This document shows, one piece after another, positions 26,499-36,403 of a stretch of DNA of 36,735 nucleotides. Every line of letters starts with the position of its first letter. The first letter of the stretch is position 1. The DNA is from an uncultured Dehalococcoidales bacterium (GTDB lineage Bacteria > Chloroflexota > Dehalococcoidia > Lucifugimonadales > Lucifugimonadaceae): positions 2,233-38,967 of the forward strand of contig CAYYFS010000002.1 of NCBI GenBank assembly GCA_964471055.1. The letters are read 5' to 3'. Position numbers and translations under genes: made by a program. The notes under the pieces were generated by a model. That model was not told where the DNA came from and searched no databases. It worked only from the letters and a program-made list of their open reading frames with translations.

Positions 26499-29400
26499 GT
26501 GTTCGTTCATCTTCACAACCATTCCGAGTACAGCCTCCTCGACGGCTTGAGTCGCGTTGACGGCATGGCCCGACGCGCGGCCGAACTGGGCCAGCCGGCG
26601 ATAGCGCTCACGGACCACGGCAATCTCTACGGCATCATCGATTTCTATCGCGCCGCCAGAGATGCGGGCGTGAAGCCGATCCTGGGTTGCGAGGCCTACG
26701 TCGCACCCGGCGACCGCCGCGACCGCGGAGGCGCCGGCCGCTCACCTCACCACCTTGCACTCCTGGCGCAAGACGAGACCGGCTACCAGAACCTGCTGAA
26801 GCTCATCTCTCGTTCACACCTGGAGGGTTTCTACTACCGTCCCCGGGCCGACCGAGCACTCCTCGAGGAGTACAGCGAAGGCCTTATCGCCCTGTCCGCA
26901 TGCCCCTCCGGTGAGGTGCCGCGGCTTCTTGCATCGGGGCGCATGGACGACGCGCGGAGCGTCGTCGATTGGTACCGCACGGTTTTCGAAGGCCGGTATT
27001 ACCTGGAGTTGATGCACCACGAGGGAGTGCCCGAGCAGCCGGTCATCAACAAGGGCCTCGTGGAACTCGCTCGCGAGACAGGTCTTCCGCTCGTTGCCAC
27101 AAACGACTCACACTACATCTCGCGGGAGGACGCCCCGTTCGCGGAAATCCTGACGTGCATACAGACCAACACCACCCTCAACGATCCGAAGCGGCTCCGG
27201 CTGGAAGACGATTCCTACTACATCAAGAGCGAAGAGGAGATGGCGGCCAGATGGGGTGAGGCACCCGAGGCACTCGCCAACACGGTGCGCATCGCGGAAC
27301 AGTGCAACGTTGAGATTCCGTTCGGCGAGACTCACGTCCCTCGATATCCGACTCGGGATGGACAGACTGCACACCAGTACCTGGCGGAGCTGTGCGAGAA
27401 GGGTCTGCGAAGGCGATACCCGAACGCACCTGCCGAGGTGGAAGCACGCCTCAGGTACGAACTGGACGTCATAAGGCAGACCGACTTCGCAGATTACTTC
27501 CTGGTGGTCTGGGATATCTTCCGCTTCGTCAATGAGCGCCACATCCTGTCCGCGGTCCGGGGCAGTGCGGCGGCAAGCCTGGTCCTGTACTGCCTCGATG
27601 TCACTCAGATCGATCCGCTCGCCACACGTCTTGTCTTCGAGCGTTTCCTGAACGTGGAGCGTAAGGAGATGCCGGACATAGACATGGATTTTCAAGATGA
27701 CCGCCGGGCGGAGGTCATCCACTACTGCGTGGAACGGTACGGTCGCGCGCATGTCGCCCAGATCATCACGTTTGGCACCCTCGGCGCCAAGGCCGCGGTG
27801 AGGGATGTCGGCCGCGCCCAGGGCGTGGACCTGGCGGAAGTGGACCGCATCGCCCGCCTCATACCCCAGCGGCTTGGCATGACCCTGGATGCCGCTCTGT
27901 CTGAGAGTACGGAACTCAAAGTCCTTGCGGAATCCACCCCGCAGAACCAGGAACTCATCCGAGCAGCGCGGCGCCTGGAAGGGAACGTCCGGCACGCCAG
28001 CACACATGCCGCCGGTCTCATCATTTCTGAAGACCCCCTGGTAGATGTCGTGCCTCTTCAGAGGCCGATCAAAGGCGACGAAGACGATCCGCCCATGACG
28101 GAATACGCCATGGGACCCCTTGCTGACCTCGGCCTGCTCAAGATGGACTTCCTGGGCCTCACCAACCTGACGGTGCTTGACAAAACCGTCAAACTCATCC
28201 GCGCCCACCGGGGCGAGCACCTGGCTCTCGATACGGTACCGCTGGATGACGCCGATACCTTCGAACTGCTCGGCGCCGCGGACACCTGGGGTGTGTTCCA
28301 GCTCGAAAGCTCGGGCATGCGGCGGAATATCAAGGAACTGAAGCCCACATCCGTGGCCGATGTCTCGGCCATGATCGCCCTCTACCGCCCCGGGCCGATG
28401 GAGCACATCGGCACGTTCATAGCAGCCAAGCACGGCCGCGCTCCCATCCGATACCCGCACCCGGCGTTCAAAGAGATCCTGGAGGAGACGTACGGAGTCA
28501 TCGTCTACCAGGACCAGGTTCTCCTGATCGCCCAGGAGTTCGGCGGCTACACGCTCGGCGAAGCGGACGTCCTGCGCAAGGCCATGGGTAAGAAGATCCC
28601 GGAGGTCATGGCCGCCGAACGGGAGAAGTTCATCTCCGGCGCCCGGGCAAAGGGCTACACACAGGAATTGACGGCTACCATCTTCGAGCTGATAGAGCCC
28701 TTTGCCGGGTACGCCTTCAACAAGGCCCACTCCGTCAGCTACGCGATGATCGCCTACTGGACCGCGTACTTCAAAGCGAACTACCCGGTCGAGTACATGG
28801 TTTCAATCCTGGATGCTTCGGCCGGCCACCCCGACAAGCTGGCTGACGGTATCCGGGAAGCCCGTCGGATCCGAATCAGAATTCTGCCTCCCGACGTCAA
28901 CCGCAGCCTCGCAGGCTTCACTATCGAGGACCAGGAGGACGGCAACCAGGCTATCCGCTTCGGCCTGGCGACCGTGAAGAACGTGGGCGAGCTCGCCGTG
29001 CAGCCCATCATCGAAGCCCGGGACGCGGGCGGACCGTTCGAGTCCATCGAGGACTACTGCCGGCGCGTCGACTTCAGAGGGCTCAACCGGCGCACTCTGG
29101 AGAGCCTGGTCAAAGCCGGTGCGCTGGACGCCTTCGGAAGCCGGGCGGCGCTTCTGGAGGCCTGCGAGCGGATTGTCTCGGCGGCGCAACGTGAGGCACG
29201 CCTCCGAGACTCCGGGCAGACCACCATGTTCGACATGTTCGGGGACTCCGTCGACAGCCCTATGCCCGCCATCGAACTGCCTGAGTCGGAAGAGGTCACT
29301 GCTCGCGAGCGCTCCATCTGGGAGCGAGACCTGCTCGGCGTCGAGATCAGCGAAGGGCCGTTCTCGCGAGAGATGTACGCCCAGGCAGACAACTTCGTGG

Positions 29401-30245
29401 TGTTCTCCAACCAGATCACCGCTGAGAACGCGGGGCAGAAGAAGTCCGCGCTCGGCCAGATCTCCGGGGTGCAGGAGCGTCTGACCCGCAAGGGCGAGCG
29501 CTTCTTCTCCGTGAATCTGACGCTTCTGGACGGAGATCTTGAGGTCGTGGTGTGGCCCGACCTGGTGGAGTCGACAGGGCCTCTCTGGAAAGAAGGGCGG
29601 TTCGTCGCAGTGGCCGGACGCGTACGGGACAGGGACGGACGCATCTCTCTGGCAGCGGCCGAGGCTCGCGAATATCGCCTGCCGGGCGACGATCCCGGAG
29701 GCCCCGCAGACCCGCCGATCTCGGGTGCCGCTGCGGCACCGGACAACGTACAGATCGAAGGCAACGGCACTCCCGCTGAGGAACTCGTGACGGACGGCAT
29801 GGAAAACGACGGAATTCTCTCTCCTGAAGACGGGACTCAAAGCGCCAACGGGTCGCCGGTTGAGCCGGCGGTCTCACTCGGACCCTCGAACGGGGACGGC
29901 GGCGCGCAGATTGCCGAAGGGTTCGTCCTACGGCTCAATGAAACGGGCGAGCAGATCGAGGACCGATACCGTCTCGAAGACCTGGTGAAGCTGCTGCTGG
30001 AGTACCGCGGCCCTGATGCCGTCATCCTGGAGGTGGAAACCCGGGACCGGCTCGTTCGGCTCGACATGCCGTTCGTGACAGTTGCCGCCTGTCCGGAGCT
30101 GGAGAACAGGCTCGTGGAGATGCTTGGCCGCGGGTCGGTGAGCCTCGCCGGCAACGGCGGGTCCGACGACGGCGCGCAACCGGCCGACACCGGGGATGCC
30201 ACTGCACGCACAACGGGCGATACCGAAACGGTCCACCCGTCCTGA
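26499..30245 (+). CDS. dnaE: DNA polymerase III alpha subunit
   Basis: 1248-aa ORF. PHP domain FVHLHNHSEYSLLDG, palm/fingers motifs (PDIDMDF, HAAG, GLLKMDFLGL, FNKAHS), OB-fold region, then a low-complexity linker and C-terminal domain. GTG start. Confidence 0.95.
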   Translation: MFVHLHNHSEYSLLDGLSRVDGMARRAAELGQPAIALTDHGNLYGIIDFYRAARDAGVKPILGCEAYVAPGDRRDRGGAGRSPHHLALLAQDETGYQNLLKLISRSHLEGFYYRPRADRALLEEYSEGLIALSACPSGEVPRLLASGRMDDARSVVDWYRTVFEGRYYLELMHHEGVPEQPVINKGLVELARETGLPLVATNDSHYISREDAPFAEILTCIQTNTTLNDPKRLRLEDDSYYIKSEEEMAARWGEAPEALANTVRIAEQCNVEIPFGETHVPRYPTRDGQTAHQYLAELCEKGLRRRYPNAPAEVEARLRYELDVIRQTDFADYFLVVWDIFRFVNERHILSAVRGSAAASLVLYCLDVTQIDPLATRLVFERFLNVERKEMPDIDMDFQDDRRAEVIHYCVERYGRAHVAQIITFGTLGAKAAVRDVGRAQGVDLAEVDRIARLIPQRLGMTLDAALSESTELKVLAESTPQNQELIRAARRLEGNVRHASTHAAGLIISEDPLVDVVPLQRPIKGDEDDPPMTEYAMGPLADLGLLKMDFLGLTNLTVLDKTVKLIRAHRGEHLALDTVPLDDADTFELLGAADTWGVFQLESSGMRRNIKELKPTSVADVSAMIALYRPGPMEHIGTFIAAKHGRAPIRYPHPAFKEILEETYGVIVYQDQVLLIAQEFGGYTLGEADVLRKAMGKKIPEVMAAEREKFISGARAKGYTQELTATIFELIEPFAGYAFNKAHSVSYAMIAYWTAYFKANYPVEYMVSILDASAGHPDKLADGIREARRIRIRILPPDVNRSLAGFTIEDQEDGNQAIRFGLATVKNVGELAVQPIIEARDAGGPFESIEDYCRRVDFRGLNRRTLESLVKAGALDAFGSRAALLEACERIVSAAQREARLRDSGQTTMFDMFGDSVDSPMPAIELPESEEVTARERSIWERDLLGVEISEGPFSREMYAQADNFVVFSNQITAENAGQKKSALGQISGVQERLTRKGERFFSVNLTLLDGDLEVVVWPDLVESTGPLWKEGRFVAVAGRVRDRDGRISLAAAEAREYRLPGDDPGGPADPPISGAAAAPDNVQIEGNGTPAEELVTDGMENDGILSPEDGTQSANGSPVEPAVSLGPSNGDGGAQIAEGFVLRLNETGEQIEDRYRLEDLVKLLLEYRGPDAVILEVETRDRLVRLDMPFVTVAACPELENRLVEMLGRGSVSLAGNGGSDDGAQPADTGDATARTTGDTETVHPS

Positions 30246-30305
30246 CAAACGCCCTCATCCCAACCTGTCTGTAGCCACAACCGGAGGGGCGAGTCGCCGA
30301 TCAAC

Positions 30306-30554
30306 ATGGCCACGTGGGAAGTATTCGCAACCGCGCCGGATCAGCTCATGGCTGAGATGTGGCGCGATCTGGTCCTGCGGTCGGGTGTCGAATGCGCCAT
30401 TCGGGCCGGGGACACCGTCAGTTTCCTTGGCGTTTCGCCGCTCCCCGTGCGACTCGTCGCCCGCGGAGAAAACGTTGAGCGCGCCCGTGCGGCTCTCGAA
30501 GCCGCTCTCGGAGGCGAGGAAGAGCCTCACACCACGCGGGCGGGCCAATCCTGA
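30306..30554 (+). CDS. Small DUF2007-like protein (putative signal-transducing fold), hypothetical
   Basis: 82-aa ORF. WEVFATAPDQLMAEMWRDLVLRSGVECAIR...VRLVARGENVERARAALEAAL fits the beta-alpha pattern of DUF2007 by eye. No well-placed SD. Confidence 0.5.
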   Translation: MATWEVFATAPDQLMAEMWRDLVLRSGVECAIRAGDTVSFLGVSPLPVRLVARGENVERARAALEAALGGEEEPHTTRAGQS

Positions 30555-30576
30555 GATTCGCCCCGGCGGGTCGCGG

Positions 30577-31089
30577 CTACTTGCCTCTGGCTTCCAGTGC
30601 GAGTAGCCGCCTCTTCATCTCCACACCCGAGCTGCTATTGAACCCGTGCGGCGTCCCATCGGAGGCCACGACACGGTGGCACGGTACTACCAGGGCCAGC
30701 CGGTTTCGCGCCATCGCCTGGCCCGCTGCCCGGGATGCCAGCGGATTTCCTGCAGCGGCAGCGAGCCACCTGTACGACCGCGTTTCACCAGCCGGAATCG
30801 ACCGGCAAGCCTCCCACGCCCGCCTGTAGAACGGCGGGGCGTCGACAAGATCCAGAGGGATCGTGGCGAGGTCGGAATCCTCGCCGCTCAGGTAGGCACA
30901 CACGCGCTGGCGAACCCAGTCCACTGCTGCCTCATCCGATTCCACACCGTCCAGCTCGTAGCCCAACCTCTGCTCCGCCGCGTCCGGGGTCGGCTCTGGT
31001 GCCGTCAACCTCCGCAGACCCGCCGGAGACACCACTGCGGCCACCCAGCCGAGTTTCGTCTGGAACACCCCGTACTTCAGATCGCTCAT
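30577..31089 (-). CDS. ogt: Methylated-DNA--protein-cysteine methyltransferase (MGMT/Ogt)
   Basis: 170-aa ORF. Active site VVPCHRVV, IPAGETRSYRWLA, GNPLASRAAGQA. Its ATG overlaps the stop of the upstream transglutaminase-like gene (ATGA). Confidence 0.9.
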   Translation of the reverse strand: MSDLKYGVFQTKLGWVAAVVSPAGLRRLTAPEPTPDAAEQRLGYELDGVESDEAAVDWVRQRVCAYLSGEDSDLATIPLDLVDAPPFYRRAWEACRSIPAGETRSYRWLAAAAGNPLASRAAGQAMARNRLALVVPCHRVVASDGTPHGFNSSSGVEMKRRLLALEARGK

Positions 31090-33728
31090 GGCCGAGATTC
31101 CTCCTGGGCTGCCCGCTCTCCGGCGGCGATTGACCTATGGCCGGGCACCAGCGTCCGCAGCCGCCACTTCACCATCCCGCGCCCGACCGTCCGCCACGCC
31201 CTCTTGAGCGCCGCGGTCGTTTCGTGTGACTCATCCGACCGGCCGTATGTGCGGGCTTCGTATCCGGCGACGATCGCCCCAACCGCCTGAGCAAGATGTG
31301 GTGCCGCTCCGGTCAGCAAGCCGGCGTACTCCGAGGATGTATAGTGCTCCGGCCGGCCGATTCCAAGCAGCGTACCCAGACGTGTCATCTGTGTATAGGT
31401 GTGTTCGGCAGTCGGTAGACCTCGAAGGCTCCATCTCCACACCAGCCACACCAGGAGCGGGAATCCCAACGTTCCTGAGAGCGCGCCCGCGAGCGCTACG
31501 ACCCACCATCCAACGGCCGCCGGGTCAGCTCCGGCCCCCACCGCTCCCCTGGCCTGTCGCACGAACTCCCCGAGGTCCTCAAGATCCTCTTCGTACAGGA
31601 GCTGGTCCTCCTCGCCGGAAGGGAGGCCGAAGTAGAGCAGGGGGCGGTTCAGTTGCGGCACCGGTAGTCCGCGAACGTGTTCGGCGACGCCGGGCGTGGC
31701 CTCGACGTCGATCCAACCGTAGCGCGGGAAGAACACCTGCGACCAACCGTGACGGTCCGTGCCCCGCACAACGAACCCTTCGGTCGGCGACACGTATTCA
31801 CCCGGCGCGTACCCGGCAACCATGCGGGCCGGCACACCCACGGAGCGCAGCAGGACCGTCGCGGCCGATCCGAAGTACTGGCTGTACCCCTTCGCGCTGG
31901 TCTCATCGCAGTCGGGCGCATCCGAGGGACAGGGCTCATCCACGGTGTCGAACAGGAAGTAGTCAATCGCATCCTGGCCCCGAGCCGGGCCTTCGATCTG
32001 TTGGCTGTAGACAAATGATCTGAGGTATTGGATCACGGCGCCCGTCTTCTCGAATGGAGTCGCCGCGCCCGCGCGCAAGACGATTCGCTCCGCGAGGCGC
32101 CGCACGCGAACCGGAAGCGTAGAAGGTAGCTGGAGGTAGCGGTCTTCCACCCACGCCGGGTAGTCGATCCCGGCTGCCATCAGTTCTTCGTCCGATACCG
32201 TCGACACCAGGGTAGATATTCTGTAGGAGTCATCCGCATCCACCGGTGTCGCCAATCGCACGTTCACCTGCGCGGCGGGCTCTTCCTCCGCATGCAGCAC
32301 CGAGACGGCCACCAGCTCGCCGTCGCCGTCCAGCGACGCTCGCCAGGTCAGGCCCTCCGAGGGGATCTCACGAAGGGCAGCCAGGGCGTCTTGGGGGGGG
32401 CGCGGCGCGTAGACGAACGCCTCTCGCACCCGCTCTCCGAACGTACGTACGTCTTCCGGAAGCGACCGGCTCAGCCTTCTCCGCCTGAGGTTAATCTCAA
32501 ACTCCATCGCCTGCATCGTCTGCACGCGTACCTCGCGGTCGGCCTCCGCCAGCAGTCCCCCTGGCGAGACCTGGTCTGTCGGGAACAGCGGTTGCACGAG
32601 CTGATCGACGTACTCCAGGTTCTCGTAGGGCGGCTCAGCCGGCCAGACCGGCGAATGCTCCGGTACGGTGGTTTCCTCCGTTGCGCTGTTGACCCACCCG
32701 CCGGGCGTGTACGTGCCGTACACCCGGCCAACGTGGTACGTCGGATAGTCGGACCAGATCCGCATCACGGGATCCTCTGGCAGGTTGATTGCGCCGAAGA
32801 ATGGCAGCGCGTCCCCAAACGGCTTGAGCGGACCCGCCTCACGGCCCTTGATGCCCGACAGGAGCCTCGAGGCCGGCTCGCGAAGCGCTTCGACCGGGGA
32901 CCGGACCGTCATCCAGACCTCTCGCACAGATGTCGAATGAGGCTCCCACAGCGGCATGACGACAGCTACTACCACGACCAGCGGGCCGAACAGCACCGCG
33001 TCCCGAACGCTTAGCCACCGGATGCTCGGGGGGAACGCCGTTCCGGCAGCGCGCCACCTCGCCATCCTCCGTACTGTCGTCACGTGCACGAACAATGCGA
33101 TGGAGGCGAGCACGAAGAAGAAGAACGTGTATTCGAATTGATGCAGCCGATAGCTCAGGCTCGTCAGAATCGACAGGCCGAGCAGTATCACCGCAGGCCA
33201 CGGACTGCGCCACCGGAACAGGGGCCATGCTGCGGCGTAGCCCACCAGCCACGCCGCACTCAGGAACATCACAGTGAACGGGAGCGTGTCCAGAGAAACG
33301 CCGCCCGAACGAGCTGCTTCCAGCCAGTCCCCGAACCGATACCACGTGTCGAAACCCCGGCCGACCGGACTCGTTCCTTCAGCCCGCAACGATGCCTGCC
33401 ACATGACCATGACAAAGCCGAGAGGCAACGAGACGATGTGACCCACCTGCCACGGCATGCGCGAACGGGCAAGCGTCAGGGCTACTACGCCGGCAACGAA
33501 CAAGGAGGGCAGCACGGACGGCGAATCGCCCCAGTTGGCGAGTTGCAGCGACCATGCCGCCGTGATCGACATGCAGGTGAGGAGGGCCAGGCTCACCCAT
33601 TCCTCAAGCGGCAGACCCAGCATGCGCCCGATGAGCACGCTCGATGCGCCCCCGGCCGGGCCCCGGGCCCTCACGTCGGCTTCACCTGCGCGGTCCAACG
33701 CCACAGCGGTTCCCGTGGATGCGCTCAC
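31086..33728 (-). CDS. Transglutaminase-like multi-pass membrane protein (TgpA-like architecture)
   Basis: 880-aa ORF. N-terminal block of about 6 hydrophobic helices, a large middle domain, transglutaminase-core-like GYSQYFGSAATVLLRSVGVPARMVAGY ... DRHGWSQVFFPRYGWIDVEAT, and a further TM segment (WWVVALAGALSGTLGFPLLVWLVW). Its start overlaps the DUF58 stop by 4 nt. Confidence 0.85.
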   Translation of the reverse strand: MSASTGTAVALDRAGEADVRARGPAGGASSVLIGRMLGLPLEEWVSLALLTCMSITAAWSLQLANWGDSPSVLPSLFVAGVVALTLARSRMPWQVGHIVSLPLGFVMVMWQASLRAEGTSPVGRGFDTWYRFGDWLEAARSGGVSLDTLPFTVMFLSAAWLVGYAAAWPLFRWRSPWPAVILLGLSILTSLSYRLHQFEYTFFFFVLASIALFVHVTTVRRMARWRAAGTAFPPSIRWLSVRDAVLFGPLVVVVAVVMPLWEPHSTSVREVWMTVRSPVEALREPASRLLSGIKGREAGPLKPFGDALPFFGAINLPEDPVMRIWSDYPTYHVGRVYGTYTPGGWVNSATEETTVPEHSPVWPAEPPYENLEYVDQLVQPLFPTDQVSPGGLLAEADREVRVQTMQAMEFEINLRRRRLSRSLPEDVRTFGERVREAFVYAPRPPQDALAALREIPSEGLTWRASLDGDGELVAVSVLHAEEEPAAQVNVRLATPVDADDSYRISTLVSTVSDEELMAAGIDYPAWVEDRYLQLPSTLPVRVRRLAERIVLRAGAATPFEKTGAVIQYLRSFVYSQQIEGPARGQDAIDYFLFDTVDEPCPSDAPDCDETSAKGYSQYFGSAATVLLRSVGVPARMVAGYAPGEYVSPTEGFVVRGTDRHGWSQVFFPRYGWIDVEATPGVAEHVRGLPVPQLNRPLLYFGLPSGEEDQLLYEEDLEDLGEFVRQARGAVGAGADPAAVGWWVVALAGALSGTLGFPLLVWLVWRWSLRGLPTAEHTYTQMTRLGTLLGIGRPEHYTSSEYAGLLTGAAPHLAQAVGAIVAGYEARTYGRSDESHETTAALKRAWRTVGRGMVKWRLRTLVPGHRSIAAGERAAQEESRP

Positions 33729-35170
33729 GACACGCCTCCACCAGTACCATCCGCGTTGCCTGTCTCCGCAATCTCCCGATGCCTTGCCGGCTCAGACGGC
33801 GTGCGGGAAGCCGTCGTTCTCCACGCCTCGCCGATCGGCTCCGAAAGCGATACAAAGAGCGGCACGTCCCGGGTGACGCCGAATGTCCGCACACCGCGAC
33901 TCAACAGGTTCCGAGCAGCATCGCGGTTGCCGGCACCGCCGAACGACTCGCTATCCACCAGCGCAACCACTACCCTCACGCCCCGCCGCTGCAGTCCCTC
34001 CACAGCTTCCACCCATGGACCGTCGCCCGCCGCGGTGATCACGACAAGCGTCGAGCTTTGGGACAGCCCTCGTTCCAGGCCGGCCAGCAGGTCCAGCAGC
34101 GAGACGCTGCCGGTGGGCCGGGCCGAGGCGAGATGATTCATGATCATCTCGCGCTGGTGCGATCCGCGTTCAGGCTGTAGCGTGACCGGTTCACCGCCCT
34201 GGGCCGCGTAGCCCACCGGCAGGGCCATGCCCAGGTACTTGTCTACGATCGACGCGGCCAGTGTGGCGCCGTACTCGTCCGTCGACTCGGCGCCTTCGCC
34301 CGCCACCGTGTCGGCGTGCATGTCGAACGCCACCCACACGTGGCTGGCCGACCCGCGGTCGAACTGCTTCACCATGAGCGCCCCGGTAAGTGCGCTCGTC
34401 AGCCAGTGGATGCGATTCTCGCTATCGCCCGCGACGTACTCGCGTACCGACGATGTATCAGTGCTGATCGCGTGCAGCCGCTGCCTCGGGGTACTCTCGC
34501 CCACGATCTGCGTCGCCGGGCCCGCAAAGTCCGGCAGTGGCACGATCCGTGGGAACACAAGAATCCTCTCGATCTCACCGAACGCGGCCTCCTGCGGAAA
34601 CATGTCGAAGGGGTCTGACGCCCGCACGAGGAGCGGGCCGAGTGAGTACTCGCCTCGCTGTGGGAGCTCGGCAGAAGCCGTGAAACGGCTGAAGCTCACC
34701 AAGACGCCGAGGCCGGTCACCTGTCGAACGCGGAACCCGGGTATGTCGCTTACATCCTCCACCTCGACCCACGCCTTCGGCGCGCCGCCCCGATTCCAGA
34801 CGACGATCTCCTCGGTGACCCGGTCGCCGACCGAGAGTTTCCCCTTCGGCCGGGACACGGCGGCATCGAGTCTCTGAAGGCCCGCAGTGGCCCAGAGGTA
34901 GGCGACGATGAGGACCGTCGCCAGGACGTAGTTGAGGCGCACCATCAGGTCGAAGCCGGTGGCCATACCCGTCAGGAAGGTCACCACCATGATGGCGGCG
35001 ATGATGTACACCACGCGGCTTCGCCGCAGTCCGCGCCAGTGTGGGCGTTGGGATGCCTGGCGGTCCCAGATCGGCCCGCCGCTTCGCCGGCCGCCGTCCG
35101 GCCGCGTATCCGTCCTGCCGCTCTGCCCGACTGACGGGAATCGCATGTCGCCCGTATCCCACCGGGCCAA
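33725..35170 (-). CDS. DUF58-family protein (vWA-like; MoxR partner)
   Basis: 481-aa ORF. Two N-terminal TM helices and the DUF58 signature REYVAGDSENRIHWLTSALTGALMVKQFD. TTG start with GGGAGG about 9 nt upstream. Confidence 0.85.
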   Translation of the reverse strand: MARWDTGDMRFPSVGQSGRTDTRPDGGRRSGGPIWDRQASQRPHWRGLRRSRVVYIIAAIMVVTFLTGMATGFDLMVRLNYVLATVLIVAYLWATAGLQRLDAAVSRPKGKLSVGDRVTEEIVVWNRGGAPKAWVEVEDVSDIPGFRVRQVTGLGVLVSFSRFTASAELPQRGEYSLGPLLVRASDPFDMFPQEAAFGEIERILVFPRIVPLPDFAGPATQIVGESTPRQRLHAISTDTSSVREYVAGDSENRIHWLTSALTGALMVKQFDRGSASHVWVAFDMHADTVAGEGAESTDEYGATLAASIVDKYLGMALPVGYAAQGGEPVTLQPERGSHQREMIMNHLASARPTGSVSLLDLLAGLERGLSQSSTLVVITAAGDGPWVEAVEGLQRRGVRVVVALVDSESFGGAGNRDAARNLLSRGVRTFGVTRDVPLFVSLSEPIGEAWRTTASRTPSEPARHREIAETGNADGTGGGVS

Positions 35171-35220
35171 GCCGGCGGCCTCCCGTTTCGCCTCTTCGGG
35201 AGCTGGTCGCGTCGAGAACG

Positions 35221-36261
35221 TCAGCGGCGCAACCAGCCGCGAGCGCGGGCACCGGGCACCGGTACGCGCGCCAGTGTGTCCTCGACGATCTCCTCCTGCG
35301 TGATGCCGCGCATCCGCGCTGATGAGGAAAGAAGAATCCGATGTGACATCGCGGATACGGCGATCGCCTTCACGTCGTCCGGGATCACGTAATCGCGTTC
35401 CTGCATCATCGCCATCGCCTGGGCACCCTGCATCAACGCGAGCGATGCCCGTGGGGACGCCCCCAGCGCCGCGTCCTCGTGGTCTCTGGTCGTATTCACG
35501 AGCGACACGATGTACTGCTTCACCAGTTCATCGACATACACAGTGCGGGCCTGCTCCTGCAACCGCACAATGTCCACTGGAGTGCAAACGGCTTCCAACG
35601 CGTCGATCGGGTCCGCCAACTGCTGCCGTTCCATGATCGCGACCTCGTCCTCGGCGCCCGGATAGCCGAGGCGGATCCTGAAGAAGAACCGGTCCAGCTG
35701 TGCCTCAGGCAGGGGGAACGTACCCTCGTACTCAATCGGGTTCTGCGTCGCCAGTACCATGAACGGCCGGGGAAGGGGCCGCGTCACCCCATCCACCGTT
35801 ACCTGCCGTTCCCCCATCGCCTCCAGGAGCGCCGATTGCGTCTTGGGCGTTGCACGGTTGATCTCGTCCGCCAGGACGAACTCCGAGATTACCGGCCCCG
35901 GACGGAATTCGAACTCTCGCGTCTTCTGGTTGTAGACGGACGCTCCGGTCACATCGCTCGGCAGCAGGTCCGGCGTGAACTGCACGCGGTGGAACTCACA
36001 GCCCGTCGAAACGGCCAGGCTGCGCGCCAGCATCGTCTTGCCAACACCTGGCACATCTTCGATGAGCACGTGCCCGCGAGAGAGCATGGCGGCGAGGGCC
36101 AGCTCTATGGCTCCCCTCTTTCCGACAATGACCCGACTGACGTTCTCTATCAGCACTTCGATCAGAGCCTTCGGGTCTGCGGCCACTGCCACGATCTGCG
36201 CCTCCTGGTGTCGTGGGAACCCGCTCCGCTTCGGTTGCCTCGCAGCGAGCAACCCGTTCAT
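35221..36261 (-). CDS. moxR: MoxR-family AAA+ ATPase
   Basis: 346-aa ORF. Walker A DVPGVGKT, Walker B/sensor [51 protein letters not shown]. Confidence 0.92.
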   Translation of the reverse strand: MNGLLAARQPKRSGFPRHQEAQIVAVAADPKALIEVLIENVSRVIVGKRGAIELALAAMLSRGHVLIEDVPGVGKTMLARSLAVSTGCEFHRVQFTPDLLPSDVTGASVYNQKTREFEFRPGPVISEFVLADEINRATPKTQSALLEAMGERQVTVDGVTRPLPRPFMVLATQNPIEYEGTFPLPEAQLDRFFFRIRLGYPGAEDEVAIMERQQLADPIDALEAVCTPVDIVRLQEQARTVYVDELVKQYIVSLVNTTRDHEDAALGASPRASLALMQGAQAMAMMQERDYVIPDDVKAIAVSAMSHRILLSSSARMRGITQEEIVEDTLARVPVPGARARGWLRR

Positions 36262-36326
36262 GGCTCACCCGATCTACCCGTCCACTGGGCCGGATTAATC
36301 GGAGCACATGAAATCACCCGCGTGTC

Positions 36327-36403
36327 TGGTGGGCGGTAGAGGACTCGAACCTCTGACCTTCTGTGTGTAAGACAGATGCTCTAGCCAGCTGAGCTAACCG
36401 CCC
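36327..36403 (-). tRNA. tRNA-Val (anticodon UAC), CCA encoded
   Basis: The reverse complement reads GGGCGGTTAGCTCAGCTGGCTAGAGCATCTGTCTTACACACAGAAGGTCAGAGGTTCGAGTCCTCTACCGCCCACCA. It folds as a cloverleaf: 7-bp acceptor GGGCGGT/ACCGCCC, D arm GCTC/GAGC, anticodon stem TCTGT/ACAGA with loop CT-TAC-AC, T arm AGAGG-TTCGAGT-CCTCT. Confidence 0.9.
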
